DNA of 64,000 bases from Sphyrna mokarran. Taxonomy: Eukaryota. This document shows positions 13,880-28,401 of this stretch, one piece after another (the first letter of the stretch is position 1; each line of letters opens with the position of its first letter). The position numbers and the translations under genes were made by a program. Location: positions 10,602,001 through 10,666,000 of the forward strand of contig JAGIQG010000034.1 of the NCBI GenBank assembly GCA_024679065.1, read 5' to 3'. Under the pieces are notes generated by a model that worked only from the letters and a program-made list of their open reading frames with translations, had not been told where the DNA came from and searched no databases.

Positions 13880-14150
13880 CTGGTTAGCATTGCTGCCTCA
13901 GTGCCAGGTGCTCATTTCTGGCCTTGGGTGCCTGTATGTGTAGAGTTTGCACGTTCTCCCGTCTCTGCATGGGTTTCCTCCAATTTCCTCTCAGTCCAAA
14001 GATGCATAGCTCAGGCAGATTAGCCAAGGTAAAAGCAAGGAATTACAGGGATAGGGCAAGTGGGTTTGGGCCTGGGTAAAATGCTTTTTTTGAAAAGTTG
14101 GTGAAACTCGATGGCCCAAAAGGCCTCTTTTTGTACTGTAAAGATTCTAC
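13880..14150 (+). mobile_element. HE1-like SINE
   Basis: tggttagcattgctgcctca head; gagtttgcacgttctccccgt core. Confidence 0.72.
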
Positions 14151-14329
14151 GACAGTCCCTTGTTGATTCTAGGGCAATTCTAGGTTGTTGCAAAAACATC
14201 GTTGCATGCTTATCTAATCTCAGAATTTATGTAATTTACCCATTACATAGCGGCAGACAGAAGGTACACAACTTCCATTAGATCTTAAATGCTCTCCTAT
14301 TTCCTAGTTCTACCTATTAGTTACCTCTT

Positions 14330-14810
14330 AGTGGAGGCTTTGGAGAGGGTACACAGGAGGTTTACCAGGATGTTGCCTGGTATGGAAGGCAGGTCTTATG
14401 AAGAGAGGCTGAGGGATTTGAGGTTGCTTTTGTTAGAAAGAAGGCGGCTAAGAGGAGACCTTATTGAAACATATAAGATGATTAGAGGTTTAGATAGGGT
14501 GGACAGTGATAGCCTTTTTCCAAGGATGGAGAAAGCTAGCACGAGGGGACATAGCTTTAAATTAAGGGGTGGTGGTTTTAGGACAGATGTCAGAGGTAGG
14601 TTCTTTACCCAGAGGGTGGTAAGGGTATGGAATGCCTTGCCTGCGTCAGTTGTAGATGTGCCAAGTTTGGTGGCTTTTAAGAGGTTAGTAGATAAGTTTA
14701 TGGATGAAAAGGGAATGGTTTAGGTTAGAGGGTCACTGCTTGTTCCTAATTGGTCGGTGCAACATCGAGGGCCGAAGGGCCTGTTCTGCGCTGTAATGTT
14801 CTATGTTCTT
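14330..14810 (+). mobile_element. Young CR1 LINE 3' end, 5'-truncated
   Basis: VEALERVHRRFTRMLPGMEGRSYEERL...FFTQRVVRVWNALP and a gttctat tail. Same family as 50236-52341. Confidence 0.92.
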
Positions 14811-15190
14811 GTTACATACTTTTATCACTGACATGATTTAATCCTTAAACACCAAGGCTGCTACTACTCCTCCAAACAGCTGCACTGAAGCTAGGGGTTG
14901 AATAGATAAGAGAATGGCTGAAATGCAATTCTGCGATATGACCTCCTTGCAGCAGTTTACTGAATACAGGAATTAAAAATTAAACTTTGAGAAGGCAAAT
15001 TCATAAGATGATACAAATACTTATCCCTCTTGAGACAATATTCTGCACTGATACCAGGTGAACTTCTAAGCAAGTTGGCCAGAAATACATAACAATTGCA
15101 GACAATGTTTGCAGATTTGACTAGAGTGGTCTTGTATCACATACTAAGTATAGGAAGTATGAAAAGCTGTAGGATCACCAAGTTTCATAC

Positions 15191-15269
15191 CTTGTGCAGA
15201 GACATCATCTTCATCATCACCCGTCAGGTCAATAACCGCTCCCATGTCACTTCCTCCTGTCTTTGCACT
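15191..15269 (-). CDS. ATF7IP: ATF7IP exon with SUMO-interacting motif (VIDLT plus acidic patch)
   Basis: ttttctttcag|AGT...CAAG|gtatga, 79 nt, phase 0 to 1. SAKTGGSDMGAVIDLTGDDEDDVSAQ matches the MCAF1 SIM. Not in the ORF track. Confidence 0.93.
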
Positions 15270-15929
15270 CTGAAAGAAAAAACTGCTGTGTTTTGCAATG
15301 GTATTCCTCTAGTCAAGATGGGCTACAACAACAACTTGTGGTCACGTCTTTATATACAGACCTGTGATTGGTATGAATCGTGCTGTGGCTTCTCACCATC
15401 TTCTACTGGTCCGTTTTATAGGTCCAGTTAGTGACTTTTTCATAAACTTTAGTATTGATTCAAAAAATCTCTAACCATTTGCAGTTGCAAGTGCCTAGAA
15501 TTCTACCCATTTTCCCTGTTGATTGTTGGGGAAATGATGATTGAAGTGTAATCAAGGATTAAGCAGGGTATTGGGGCACGTCTGCAGCTGTGGGATTGGG
15601 ACAGTTTTACGATTTTTTTTGATTTATCACCAATCACTAGAATGGGAGCACCAACTCTTTCCTGGAGTTTTAGCATCTGCAATTAAGGGCGAAGTCTGAA
15701 ACTCCCACACTGAAATCCTGATGAGGCAAGTCAAAGCCTCACTGACCCCACAAGTAGTGGATTGGAAGTGACATGGAAATCTTGTGCAGTGACTTGAATA
15801 GGCAGATATTACAGTTAGATTTTAAAATGGAATCACAAATGAACAACACTCATGTGCAATTACAGCAGGCACTCAAGACAAAAATGTAAATTTTGTCAGT
15901 GTAAATACCCAAGAATTAAGGGTAGTAAG

Positions 15930-17880
15930 CAATTCAGCCCTCAAGCAGTCAACACAATTATAGTTTATCTTATCTCAGTCTCAACTCCCACTGTACTGCC
16001 CATAAGCCTTCAACTCATCATTAATTAAAAATCTGTTTAGCTCCTTCTTAAATTTACTCAACGAACCAGCATCCACCACTCTTTGGGATAGTAAATTCCA
16101 CAGATTCACAACTCTGAGAGAAATCATTTCTCCTCATCTGTTTTAAATCTGCTGCCCCTTATCCTAAAACTGACCTGGTGTTCTAGATTGCCCCACAAGG
16201 ACCCTTTCTCTCTCTACTCTGTCAATCCCCTTTAACATTTTACACATCTGAATTAGATCTTTCCTCATTCTTCTAAACTTTATCTCAACCTTATCTCTGG
16301 ATTAGTATACCTCCACTGAACTATCTCCAATACAACCACATCTTTCCTCAAGTAAGGGGACCAAAAGCTTGCACAATATTCCACGTAAAGTCCCATTAAT
16401 GCCTTGTACAGTTACAGAAACACTTCCCTACTTTTATTCCTTGAATAATAATGCCAAAATTCCATTTGCCTCACTTAATACTCGTTGTACCCACATACTA
16501 GCTTTTTGTGATTCATACTCAAGGACATCCAGATCCCTCTGCAACAAAGCATTCTAAAATTTCTCCCTATTTAAACAATAATTTGGCTTTCTATTTTTCT
16601 TACCAAAATGATAACCTCACACTTATCTAGTTAAACGCTATCTGCCAAATTTTGGCCAATTTACCTAATCTATCCATTCCCATTTGTAATTCTTTACCAT
16701 AACTTATTATACCATCTATTTTAGTGCCATTTACAAATTTGGCTAGATTACCTTCTATCTTAGCAGGCAGGATAATAATATAGATTGTAAATAATTGGAG
16801 CCCAAGGACAGAACTCTATAGCATGTAACTAGCTCCATCTTGCCAGCCAGAAAAAAATTCATTTATCCCATCTTTGCTTTCTGTCAGTCCTCTATCCAAG
16901 CTAATAAATTACCTCTAGTCCCATGTGATCCTACCTTGTGTATTAATGTTTGGTGCATCACCTTTTCTCATGCCGTCCAGAAGTCCAGATATACAACATC
17001 TACTGGATCCCCATCATCCACTTTTTTACATCTTTGAAGAACTCTAGTAAATTTGCCAAACACTATTTACCCTTCATAAAACCATGCCGACTCTGACTGC
17101 ATTTTGACTTTCTAAATGTACAGTTATCTCAACTGGTCATAGTTTCCTATTTTCTATCTCCCTCCCTTTTTGAGCAAGGATATTATATTAGAAATTTTCC
17201 AATCCATTGGAATCTTTCTGGTATTTAAGAAAATTTGGAATACTCTAACCAATGGATTCACTATATTCACAGCCACTTTCTTCAAGATCTAAGATGTAAG
17301 CCATCAGGCCCTGGGGACTTGTCTCCCTTCAATCCCAATAATTAGCTCAGCACATTTTCCTACTGATGATTATTCTAAGTTGCTTCCTTTTAATTATCTC
17401 CCAATAATAGTGTTTGTAAGAACTGAGGCAAAATACTGATATAGAGTCTCTGTCATTTCTGTACTCTCCATTATTAACTCCATAATCTCATTCTCCAAGA
17501 ATCCAACATTCACTTTAGCTACACTCTTCTCTTTTATATACTTAGAAGATTTTGCTTTCTTTTTTCATATTTTGTGCTTGTTTTCTTTCATAATTGACCT
17601 TTGCTCTTATTAATTCTTTCATAACCTTTTGTTAATCTTTAAAAGTTTCCCAATCTTCCAGTCTGCCACTGACCTTTGCAATATGGAATGCCTAGCCTTA
17701 TCCTTGTGTTATCTTTAACTTCCTTGCTAAATCATGGATATTTCTTTCCCCTCACACAATTTTCCTTCCTCTCTGGGGTGTATATTAGTTCAGAGAAATT
17801 GACCATCTCCTTAAACATGTGCTACTGATCATCAACTGTCTCACATTTAAACTTCCTACCCAATCCACTAGGGGTAAATC
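15930..17880 (-). mobile_element. Old degenerate CR1 LINE
   Basis: Reverse-complement CR1 ORF2 remnants (e.g. ataaaaccatgccgact, caggccctggggacttgtc) with many stops. Confidence 0.7.
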
Positions 17881-17882
17881 TG

Positions 17883-18212
17883 TCATAGAATCATAGAATC
17901 CTACAATGCAGAAAGAGGCTATTCAGTCCAGCGAGCTGCACCAATCAAAATCCCATTCAGCCCCTATCCACATATTCCTATTTTACCCACTAATCCCTCT
18001 AACCTATACATCCCGGGACGCTAAGGGGCAATTTTTAGAATGGTCAATCAGCCCGCATATCTTTGGACTGTGGCAGGAAACCAGAGCACGCCGAGGAAAC
18101 TCACGCAGACACAGGGAGAATGCGCAAACTCCACACAGACAGTGACTTGAGCCAGGGTTCGAACCCAGGTCCCTGGAGCTGCAAAGCGGCAGTGCTAACC
18201 ACTGTGCAGCCC
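17883..18212 (-). mobile_element. HE1-like SINE, near full length
   Basis: catagaatcatagaatc tail; tRNA-like head with B-box (gggttcgaaccc) and A-box (gcacagtggttagc). Confidence 0.85.
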
Positions 18213-18489
18213 ATGTCCATCGTGCCGTCCTCATGTCTATATAATTAACTAACTTTAGTTAGTTAATAACTAATTAACTAACTAACTCTTCCTCAAAGAA
18301 TTCTTAACTAGAGGAACATTAATCCCTCTTATTATACACCACCAAATCTACTTCCTGGTTGGTTCCACAACATCAGCAGCAGCGTTAATCACATGATGCA
18401 AAATTTTAAGGAATGTAATGTATTTTGCTCAGGTGGATCTTCATCTCTTTTGTACCCTAAAAATGTATGAATAAAATTAGCTTCACTCA

Positions 18490-21400
18490 CTCAGTCAAAT
18501 AGTTAGAGACTGAATTAATATGGAAAGATTGGTAAGTAATTACAGAATAGAGATTAACAAAAGAACCAGACATGGCAAGAAATTATTTTTTTCTTTAAAT
18601 GTAGCGATTCGCAATCTGGAATGCAGTATTTGAAAAGATGAAGAAAGAAACTCAATAGCAACTCTCAAAAAGGAACTAGATAAAATATTTGATCAGGAAA
18701 AAATTGTCAAGCCTATGAAAGAAAAGTACAGGAAAATGGAACTAGTTGGACAACTCTTTCAAAGAGGGCACTGGCACAATGGTCTGAAAGTCTTCCTTCT
18801 GTATTGCAATGTTGTGATTCTGATTGATCAAGTGATATTATGTAAATGTATTTAAGAGTTTCCAGAGGTTTAAGTGGAAATCAAATTGTTGCTTTTCATT
18901 GGTAAAATATATATTTTATTCATGTCTAAACGAATTGATGCATGATGTGTGTTGAGTTAGTAAATATCAACTGGGAAACTATAGGAGGGTACTGTAACTT
19001 TTCCCTGTGGCTCTAAATTGGGGAGAGATGAGGTGGGGTAACTACCAAAGATTCCTAATCACTATTTATCAAGTCAAACAGAAAAACATTTCCGTGCAAA
19101 CACTGGATGATAATAGGATTGTGACCCAGAGTTTCATAACCTCTTGTCAATTGAGGGGGCTACTTCATATTAAAATTCATAGAACAAAGGACAAAACAAC
19201 ACGGGAAACAGGGCCTTAGGCCCAAAGAGCCCGCGCCGTCACCTCAATGTTCCCACTTCTACCTGAGATCCCTGTCTATGTTTATAGATCGATGCATTGA
19301 AACCAAATTTGAGACAATTTAGGGAGAATTTGTTCTGCCAATCAGCCTAAGAGCACATCCTTGGGATGTGGGAGGAAACCGGAGCACCCGGAGAAAACCC
19401 ACGCAAGCATGGGGAGAATGCGCAAACTCCCACAGACACAGGCCCAAATCCATGTATCTGCACAGCACAGCGACAGTCACTGAGCTGTCGTGTTGCCCAT
19501 CAAATGGTCCAGGTCAAGCGTACACTAACGACGTGAAGCACGAGCATACTCTCGAAAAATATCCAAGAGCAGCCCTCTCACGACCCATCACGTGTATGCC
19601 CCTTGTTAGACAACAAGGCGGACCGAAGTACCTGTAGGATAAAACAAATACATCAATATCATTGACTATTTACACACTTCCCAGGGAACTCCCAAGACTC
19701 ATGATCCCTACTTTAAATCAGTTTTCTATATTCCTCCATTCCCATTCTGTTCATGTGCCCATCTAAGTATCTTTTAAATAACTCCAGAGTACCTGCCTCC
19801 ACCACTTGGCAGTGCATTCCATACCCCCACCACCCTCTGTGTGAAAAAACTCCCTCTAGCATCTAAATTATACCTTACCCCCCTCACCCTAAGCCCGTGA
19901 TCCCTCGTGCTATTTGAATCCATCCTAGGTAAAAACTTAACCCTGTTTACTCTATCTATACCCCTCATAATCTTGTACACCTCTATTAGATCTCCTCTAA
20001 GTCTACGTCTTTCTAAGAAAAACAGCCCCAATTTGCCTAACTTCTCCTTGTAACTCAGACCTTCCATACCAGGCAGCATCCTGGTAAACCTCCTCTGCAC
20101 TCACTCCAGAGTCTCCATGTCCTTCCGGTAGTAAGGCGACCAGAACTGGATGCAATATTCCAAATGAGGTCTAACCAATGTTTTATACAACTGCAATATT
20201 AAAGGCCAGCTCTTGTACTCTATACTCCTTCTTATAAAGGTAGCATACCATATGCTTTCCTCACAACCTTCTCCACCTGCTCTGCCACCTTCAGAGACTT
20301 GTGCATCTGCACCCCCAGGTCCCTCTACGTTTCTATACTCTTAATAGGTCTACCCTTTATCATATACCTCCCCCCTACATTCTTTCTCCTGAAATGCATC
20401 ACCTTGCATTCATCAGGATTGAATTTCATCTGCCATCTATGTATTAATACTTCTCAGAAACATAAAGCATCATTAGCAAAGAAGATAAAATAAATAGGGA
20501 GGATGGCTGTTAGAGAAGGAAATATATGCAAGCTGATGCTAACCATTAGAAGTGGCTTCAACTTGTAAATTAAAATGCAAACAAGCTGTTAGCAATCGCT
20601 GCAATTAGGAGTTTGTCAATTAAGCACATCCGGAACCAACATCTAGGGAATAATTAGTCACAGATGCAGTCAGACAAGCTGAGATTTTCTAGAATTTTCT
20701 GTTTCAGATTTTAGAATCCACAGTAATTTGCTTCTATTTAAAGGCTATAGCATCCTCATCAATTCCAGGTTGCAGATCAGGAATATCCAACAGGTTTTGT
20801 AACAAAGGCATGCACATTTTCTATGAATTCTATGCAGGCACTGCATTTTTCAATGTAACATTTAAACTTGTGGTAGATGTATAAGTTTCAAATAGATTAA
20901 CCGCAGGTCTTATTTGGCTGATCACTAGTCAAGGAAAAGTCTAATGGTAATGTTGCTATTCGTTTAACAGTACTTCACTCAACTAAATTAGACTCATCTA
21001 ATCATGACCATTGTTGAACAGCTTGTGATGTGGTCAGGTCCTAGGAAATCAGGACTCAGTAACCAACACCACACCCCTCATCCCTTTTGCAAATTCTGTC
21101 TCAGTGCGAGCTGAGCTGCACTGCACTATCAATGGTAATTGATCATTATACACCACAATACTAATGTATCCATAGTTAGCAGGCAGTGTGCCCAAACTTC
21201 CACAAGTAGTGCCACATATTGGTGGGATGAGGATTGAGAACTAGAGTCCATCTACATGGATCAGTTTTCAACATTGTCATCAGAAGCAGGGGGAAACCTT
21301 GAGGCAGCCAGGAACGGCTGTGGAGAGAGACATGTTGTATGCTCAAATCCACTACTATACCCAGCAGTTCTGTTCACTTAGCTTCAACTGTTTATTTGTG

Positions 21401-22390
21401 GGGAAGGGGGGGAAAAAAAAAGATAAGAGGAGCAACTGTAGCCTCTAGTTTCAGGTTATTAAATGGATTTAAAAAAAAAATCCTGTGAAACATAAGTTAA
21501 AATGCAAATCACTCATCAATTGTGTATTCAGAAATGTGAAGGGTTTTGATGGAATTCATTAGGAAAAACAGTTTTCTAAATGAAATTGGTAAGTAATTAG
21601 AGAACAGGGATTGTCAAAATTGGCAAAAGAGACATGAGAAATTATATTTCTCTTTTAATTGCAGCAAGTTGCAAGCTGGAATGCGGTATTTGAAAAGGCG
21701 AAAGAACAATCTCAACAGCAACTTTCAAAAAGGCACTAGATAAAATATTTGAAAAGAAAAAGATTTGTCAAACCTATGAAAAAAAGTACAGGAAAATGGA
21801 ACTAATTGGATAGCTCTTTCAAAGAGCTGGTATCGTGCTCCAAAAGGTTTCCTTCTCTAATTCTGAACTGATCAATATTGATACTGTGGAATCATTTTTA
21901 AGAGAGTTTCTACAGATTGAAGTAGAAGATTAAAATGTTGCTTTTCATTGGTGAAATATATATTTTATTCATGTCTAAACAAATTGATTTGTATTGAGTC
22001 AGTAAATCTCCCTGGGAAGTTGTAGAGAGGGTATACTATAACTTGCCCTTGTGTCCTGAAATTGGAGAGGGGTGAGCTGGAATAAGCCCTATTAATTACT
22101 ATTGATTAAATCTTACAGAAAAATGTTTGGGTGTGGACATTGGATGAGGATAGGATTCCCAGAATTTCATAACATGTAGTTAATTGAGGAGGTTACCTCA
22201 TATTAAACAGAATCCCAGAAAGATACAGCACCATTAGCAAAGGGAGGAAAGGATGGCTGGTATAGAAGGGAAAAATATATACAAGCTGATGCTAGCCGTC
22301 AGAAGTGACTTCACCATGTAAATTCAACTGCAAATAAGTTGCCACCATTTGCTGCAATTAGGAGTTTATCTATCAATTAAGCACATCTAG
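18490..22390. repeat. Diverged local duplication: 18490-19172 plus 20440-20645 versus 21500-22390
   Basis: Shared blocks ttggtaagtaatta, gcttttcattggt.aaatatatattttattcatgtctaaac, caagctgatgcta and gctgcaattaggagttt. Confidence 0.85.
19178..20435 (-). mobile_element. CR1 3' end with a SINE-containing extended 3' region (copy 1)
   Basis: QRRFTRMLPGMEGLSYKEKLGKLGLF...WNALP followed by unique sequence, SINE core and CR1 tail. Colinear with 58790-60085. Confidence 0.88.
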
Positions 22391-25300
22391 AACTATAGAA
22401 TCCTGCAGTGCAGGAGGCCATTTGGCCCACTGAGTATACACCAATTCATACCCAAGCCTACCCCAGAACATCACATATTTATCCCAACCCATATATCTTG
22501 GGATACTAAGGGGCAATTTAGCATAGCCAATTCCAATAACCTGCACATCTTCGGACTGACAACGAGGGAACAATTAATTGCTTTGAAAATAAACAGTTGA
22601 AAAATCCACAGAGGGTTATAACTTCATTTATTTGAACAGAGATATTCTGCAATTCCATTTATCATTCCAATGAGGCTACAGTGTTGACTGGATTTACACT
22701 GAATAGAGATCACTGAAGAGGTGACAGCTAAGCACTGCAGTAGACAGGCTTCAGCTCTCTGGGTCTACATGATGTATGATGGATCACAATCAATGCAGAG
22801 AAAAGATGGAGAGTGAAATGGAGCATGACAATACAATGCCACGCATCACACACCACACTCTGAGGCTTAGTTTATCATGGATATGCAGCACTTTTACTGA
22901 AATAGTGACAAAGCAGCCAATTTGTGACAAAGAGCACTAATTAGATTGCAGGACAAACTTGGCGACAGACTGCACTGGGATACAGAAGGCTAAAGCAGGA
23001 AATGATAGCCACACACAGTACAACTAGCTGGATAGAACACAGGTTAAAGCAGATTAAAGTGCAAGTGATGTGCTAAACATAGACAATACTGAGTCTCTAG
23101 TGCAACAATGCAGTCTGCACTGGAAGTAAAGCAAGAAGGGACAATTAAACACAATACACTAGGCAGCTCTCTCACTGGGGCCATTTACAGGAAATACGTC
23201 AATATTTCCCACTGATCAGTCAACTGAGTATCATTTTAGTCAAAGTTTTCAATGCAACACATCAACTAGAAGTGAATGACTTTCAGTTGAATTTGATATT
23301 CAAACTATATCAGATATCAAGGATTGAGTCAATAATCTGCCTTGGAGTAGGGAGACAAATGAATTATGGGCCTTGTCAAGTCAAAAACAAGTGAAAATAC
23401 TTTGTTGAGAAACACCAAGTTTAGGTTATATTATCAGAAAGCTTCACACAATTTTCCATTCTGGCATTCAATTCAGCCAGTGAACACTTTACTCTGATTC
23501 ACTGCTCAAAGCAAATTATAAGTTAGTATCAGACAGTGGGGTAGGGGAGGAGGGGGGGGCATGGAAGGAGGAGGAGGAGAATTTGGGAACTTCTAACGAT
23601 TTTACGTAAATGGCCCCATGGAAGTACAATTTATCAGTGAATATGATGTACACGATAGAAGACAAAAGAGCTGGTCAAAGCACAAGATGGAACATAGAAC
23701 ACAGCATTCACAGCAAAACCAAAATGTACAGTAAACTCTACCACAGACTGGGGGAACGAATGCTGATCAAAAGATGAGTCAGTAGCCAACTCGGTCCCTA
23801 GTTCCACAGTAGGAGCTACTCAACCACACACTATTGGCCAAAGTGTTTGGTTTAGGCTCAACACACTCAAGATAATTTTTATTGAAAACAATTTGGTATT
23901 TTGTGAACTGGTGAAGGGCGTCGAGCACAAAGTCTCAGTACCCAAGAGGAATTGCACATTGCAGATTAGCCAAAATGAAAGCCGTGTACTTTATTCCATC
24001 ACCTGATGCTGCCTTGCAACATTTAATGTTAATTGGCAGAATATAATCATATGTTACTGATTTAGACAAGCAAGAAGGGAGATAATTGAAGAGCTATCAG
24101 CCCTCCACATATAGTGTTGAAGCTCATTTTTTTCCCAACAAGATCCACATTTCAGTTTGAAAGTCAGTTTCACTGTAAAGCATTATATTGCAGCTCATAT
24201 TTCACTACAAAACACTTATTATTATTTGTGGTTTTCATACAAAGGCAACCGATCAGCTGGTAAAGCTCATGTTTCTGTTCGCAAAAACACATTGAATATG
24301 ATTACCATATTTATTATATAACGCCATGGTCACAAGTGCAAAATCTGAATGATTAGAATCTATGCATTATTCATAATAATGCAATGTTCCTTCACCTTCA
24401 TTTTAAAACAAGCGCCACCTGCTGAATTCATTTCAGTAACACTATACCAAAAAAGTACAAGAAAAAGTTTACAATAAAATCACACTGGTTTTAAACTCTG
24501 CCAGTATTCTAGCTTCACAATGTGCGATAACCCCAAATTGGTATGTTAATCATGAATAATATCAAACAAACAAATTTAAAAAAAAAATACACTGGTGATA
24601 AATTAGAGATTACTGGGCATCACTTGCCCAGTTCACTGCCAAATATATCACAGATTTGCATGAAACTTCTCAGTAAAGAATACAGGTAACAATAACAAAA
24701 GTACAACAGATGCTCCTAGGCGTTATATAATAGCAATAATGAACCGGAAGGTGTATATTGTTTAAAAACAAACTTTCTTTGCTTCCATTTCCCCACTGAT
24801 TTTAAACTAATTTAAAATGTCAAAATTCAAAATTGTTAAAGTGCTATAGATATTTAATATTGCAATATTTTTTCCCTCTTGCGCATGAAGGACTGTTGAA
24901 GCCCAGTAACTTAGAATGAAAATAAAAACTTGCACATTGGTTTAATCAATCTTGAAAACTCCATCAATATGAACTTAAATCTTTTTGGTATTGATTGGTA
25001 GCTAGGAATACATGTCCAAAGGTGGAAGATTTCACCTGCTTTCCAACTTCATCCCGACAAGGAGCATCAACTTAAATTTTACCAGAGTCGTGAAGTCAGG
25101 GGTAGAAATAACTAATGGTAAGAGATACATCATGGGACTTTCCTTCAATCCCATTACCAAGAAGCAGCATAAATGAACAGGCAGACATTCAAACCTTCAA
25201 AATGGGAGGTGGTCTTTTAAGTTCATGAGTTTGAAAATAGAATCAGTGCTTAACCCTTTCCAAAAGAAAGGCTTCAATTTAATACTCTACAAGTTGCTGC

Positions 25301-28143
25301 ATATATTAAAATCAAACTAATACTATTTAATTGGAGGTTTTGTTCAAGATATGGAGGATCTTGTACAATTGAAGACTGTTTATCCAGAAGGAAAATTGTC
25401 AGAGAACCAATTCCAATCCTTTGATACTTCTGAGGGTAATTTCCAATTGTGTTTCATAACATGGGGATTATTCAGATTTGATTTTTTGACAGTTTTTAAC
25501 TTTAGCTTAGCTCAGTTCATGATAACAAATTTCTTCCTTTTAACAACAACATTTTACAGTAAGTGTGTAATGTTACAGTACAAGGATATTGACCTATTCA
25601 GGAAGCTCCTGAGGAAGAATTGTACGGCATGGCATTATTTATGACACGAGAAGTTCACAAAACTAATCTTAAGATTTGTGGTTTGCTCTTGTTTATTAAT
25701 AGAGCACACTACCATTCACTTCAACAATACCTTTACTCAGCATGAGTTCCTTCACTTAACAGGCACAAAATTGCTTTATTGCGTGGTCATAACTGTAAAG
25801 TATGGAATTTATTTGTAAGGAAATTAACACCTTTAATGTCTTGCTCAGGTCAATAATCCTTCTCAAGCACAGATACTATTAATCCATAGTTAGCCATTGT
25901 CCAAGAGGCGTTATAGGCATCTCTACCTACTAATCAGAAAGTGCACTGCATGGGACATCCCAAAAGTCACAGCTAGGGCATGTTGCTCTACTGAACATGC
26001 ACCTTATTTACAAACATACACCTTCTTACTCATTATTAATTTGGGTAGGAAAATATTGTTACAATACACAACTTGAGTTGACAATTGAAAACACTGGCAA
26101 CAAATCACTAAAACATCATTTTGAGGATGGAATAAATTACTTTCACATTCTATCATGTTTTGAGCTTTTGATGACTGAGGTAGCATTTCTCAGATTAAAA
26201 ATTGAAAATTCTAAGCCTGTATCCAGGACCAGAGATGAGTGGACAAATTAAGTTACTGGTCCTACAATGGACTGTAGGACCAGTAAATTAGCCAGCTGGA
26301 TTGACTCAATGGTTTGCTGCTACCTACTTATGACTGGCAATAGACTGTAGCACAATACCTGCATAATGTAAATTCCTCATTACTCTGGTTACATAATATT
26401 CAAATCTCTCACATTTTGGATTGTGGCAGATCCTGAAATGTCAGCTTTTTTTGCTCTCCACAGTCGCTCCCTGACCTACTGTGTTTTATCAGCACTTTCC
26501 TCTTTTGGTTAAGGTTTAATGAATCAGTAGCAACTAGTGCAGCTAAGTAATTTCATGCCTGGAACAACACTTTCAGAACTGAACGCTGGTAGTGCACAAT
26601 AGGAGCACTCTGGAGTGATTGTGAACTTCAGTTAGGGAAAATATGTTACAGTGCAGTGCTGTGGTGGTCATGGCATTGTTTAGCAACCCAGAGCTTGGGC
26701 GGTTAAACTCCATCATGGCAAGGTGCAAAAATGAAACAGAGCTGACAGCTGCCGGACTTGTCAAAAAGATGTCCTCTAGAGTATTTTTGCCACTCTACTT
26801 GGTCTGGCTCCAGTACCCAAATTACATGATTGGCTTGCTAACGTCTCATTCAGTTATAGAAACAAGTGATATGCTGCCACCACTTTCTTAGGGCAATAAA
26901 TGAGACCTCGTTAGTATCCTCTTACCAGAAAGAAAATTAAACAAAAAAACATTCAAGCTGAGTTACCATTTTCATAGCAGCTACTCCCCCAAAAGAAATC
27001 CAAAAGAAACCTTGCTTATTACAATTATCTCTTTACTGTATTTGATTAGCCAGCTGCTTACTAAAAAGGACATTTAATTTTGTCCCTGCTACAGCAACAA
27101 AGTTTATTACTAAAAATCTCTCAGCTATATGCATTTCCTGTCTACCAGTCCTTGCTTCTAATTGTCAAGTTTCTGTTAGTTTTGTATCAAGTTTTCCATT
27201 ACGTTTTTATGTCAGCATTTAGACTAAAAGCTGAGGACGTAAATGCATCACACTGTAATTATGTACTCTCATCAATGATGGTGCTGCAGCACCTCAATTT
27301 TATATCTCCCGATTCCTACATTAGAGAAACCTCCACACCTGAAACAACTCTACTTTCTAAATAGCCTATTTAACTGTAAATATTAAATCAAAATGTCATA
27401 TATAAATAAAAAAGGACAGAACGTATAACTTTTCAAAATGGTGACTAAATTAGTTCTGCAATGATCCCCACTCTCTCATTACTTCACTTGAATATTACAA
27501 CTATTTTATGCTCCCAGGGAAGCCAGAGAACTAGTTAAAACATTTAATTTTGTCCCTGCTACAGCAACGAAGTATAATTACTATTATACTATTCTCATTA
27601 GCACCAGTTCTAAAACACATCATTCAATAAGCACCATGTGCTTATTTATTGCACATTCTCCCATAACAAGCTGGATTATAAAACTGCCAAGAAAATTGGG
27701 CTAATCAGTCAGGCTCCTTCAGTACAGAAAGACCTTTAATTATTTTAAAATGCACACATTTGGAAGAAAATCAAGAGAATTTAATGATGAGTTTTACATG
27801 CCAACTAATAATCCAAGAATGGTTTCCGGACAGTAAAATACGTGCATTAAACTGCTTTCAGCTGTCTCTAAAGGGGAAATAGCTGAGGTTCATTTCTAAG
27901 TGGGAGAAAGATAGGACACACAAAGCCAAGGTTCTCTGGACAATAAAAGAAATAGGAAGCAAGAAATGGGGGCACATGGCACAGATGGCAACTGTGTGCA
28001 AAGAAACATGGTGCAGACCAGGTGGCAACTGCGTGCAGAAAAACAGAACTGATGTTTCACATCTAGACGACTTTTCATCAGAATATTCATTTAATCTGAA
28101 ACATAACTCAATTGCTTCTTGACCTGCTTAATATTGGGTTGCA

Positions 28144-28401
28144 NNNNNNNNNNNNNNNNNNNNNNNNNNNNNNNNNNNNNNNNNNNNNNNNNNNNNNNNN
28201 NNNNNNNNNNNNNNNNNNNNNNNNNNNNNNNNNNNNNNNNNNNNNNNNNNNNNNNNNNNNNNNNNNNNNNNNNNNNNNNNNNNNNNNNNNNNNNNNNNNN
28301 NNNNNNNNNNNNNNNNNNNNNNNNNNNNNNNNNNNNNNNNNNNNNNNNNNNNNNNNNNNNNNNNNNNNNNNNNNNNNNNNNNNNNNNNNNNNNNNNNNNN
28401 N
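28144..28401. other. Assembly gap (258 N)
   Basis: Run of N. Confidence 1.

Noticed and set aside
17883-18212. tRNA genes suggested by A/B boxes here and at similar sites
   Set aside because: These are heads of tRNA-derived SINEs with SINE core and tail, not cloverleaf genes.
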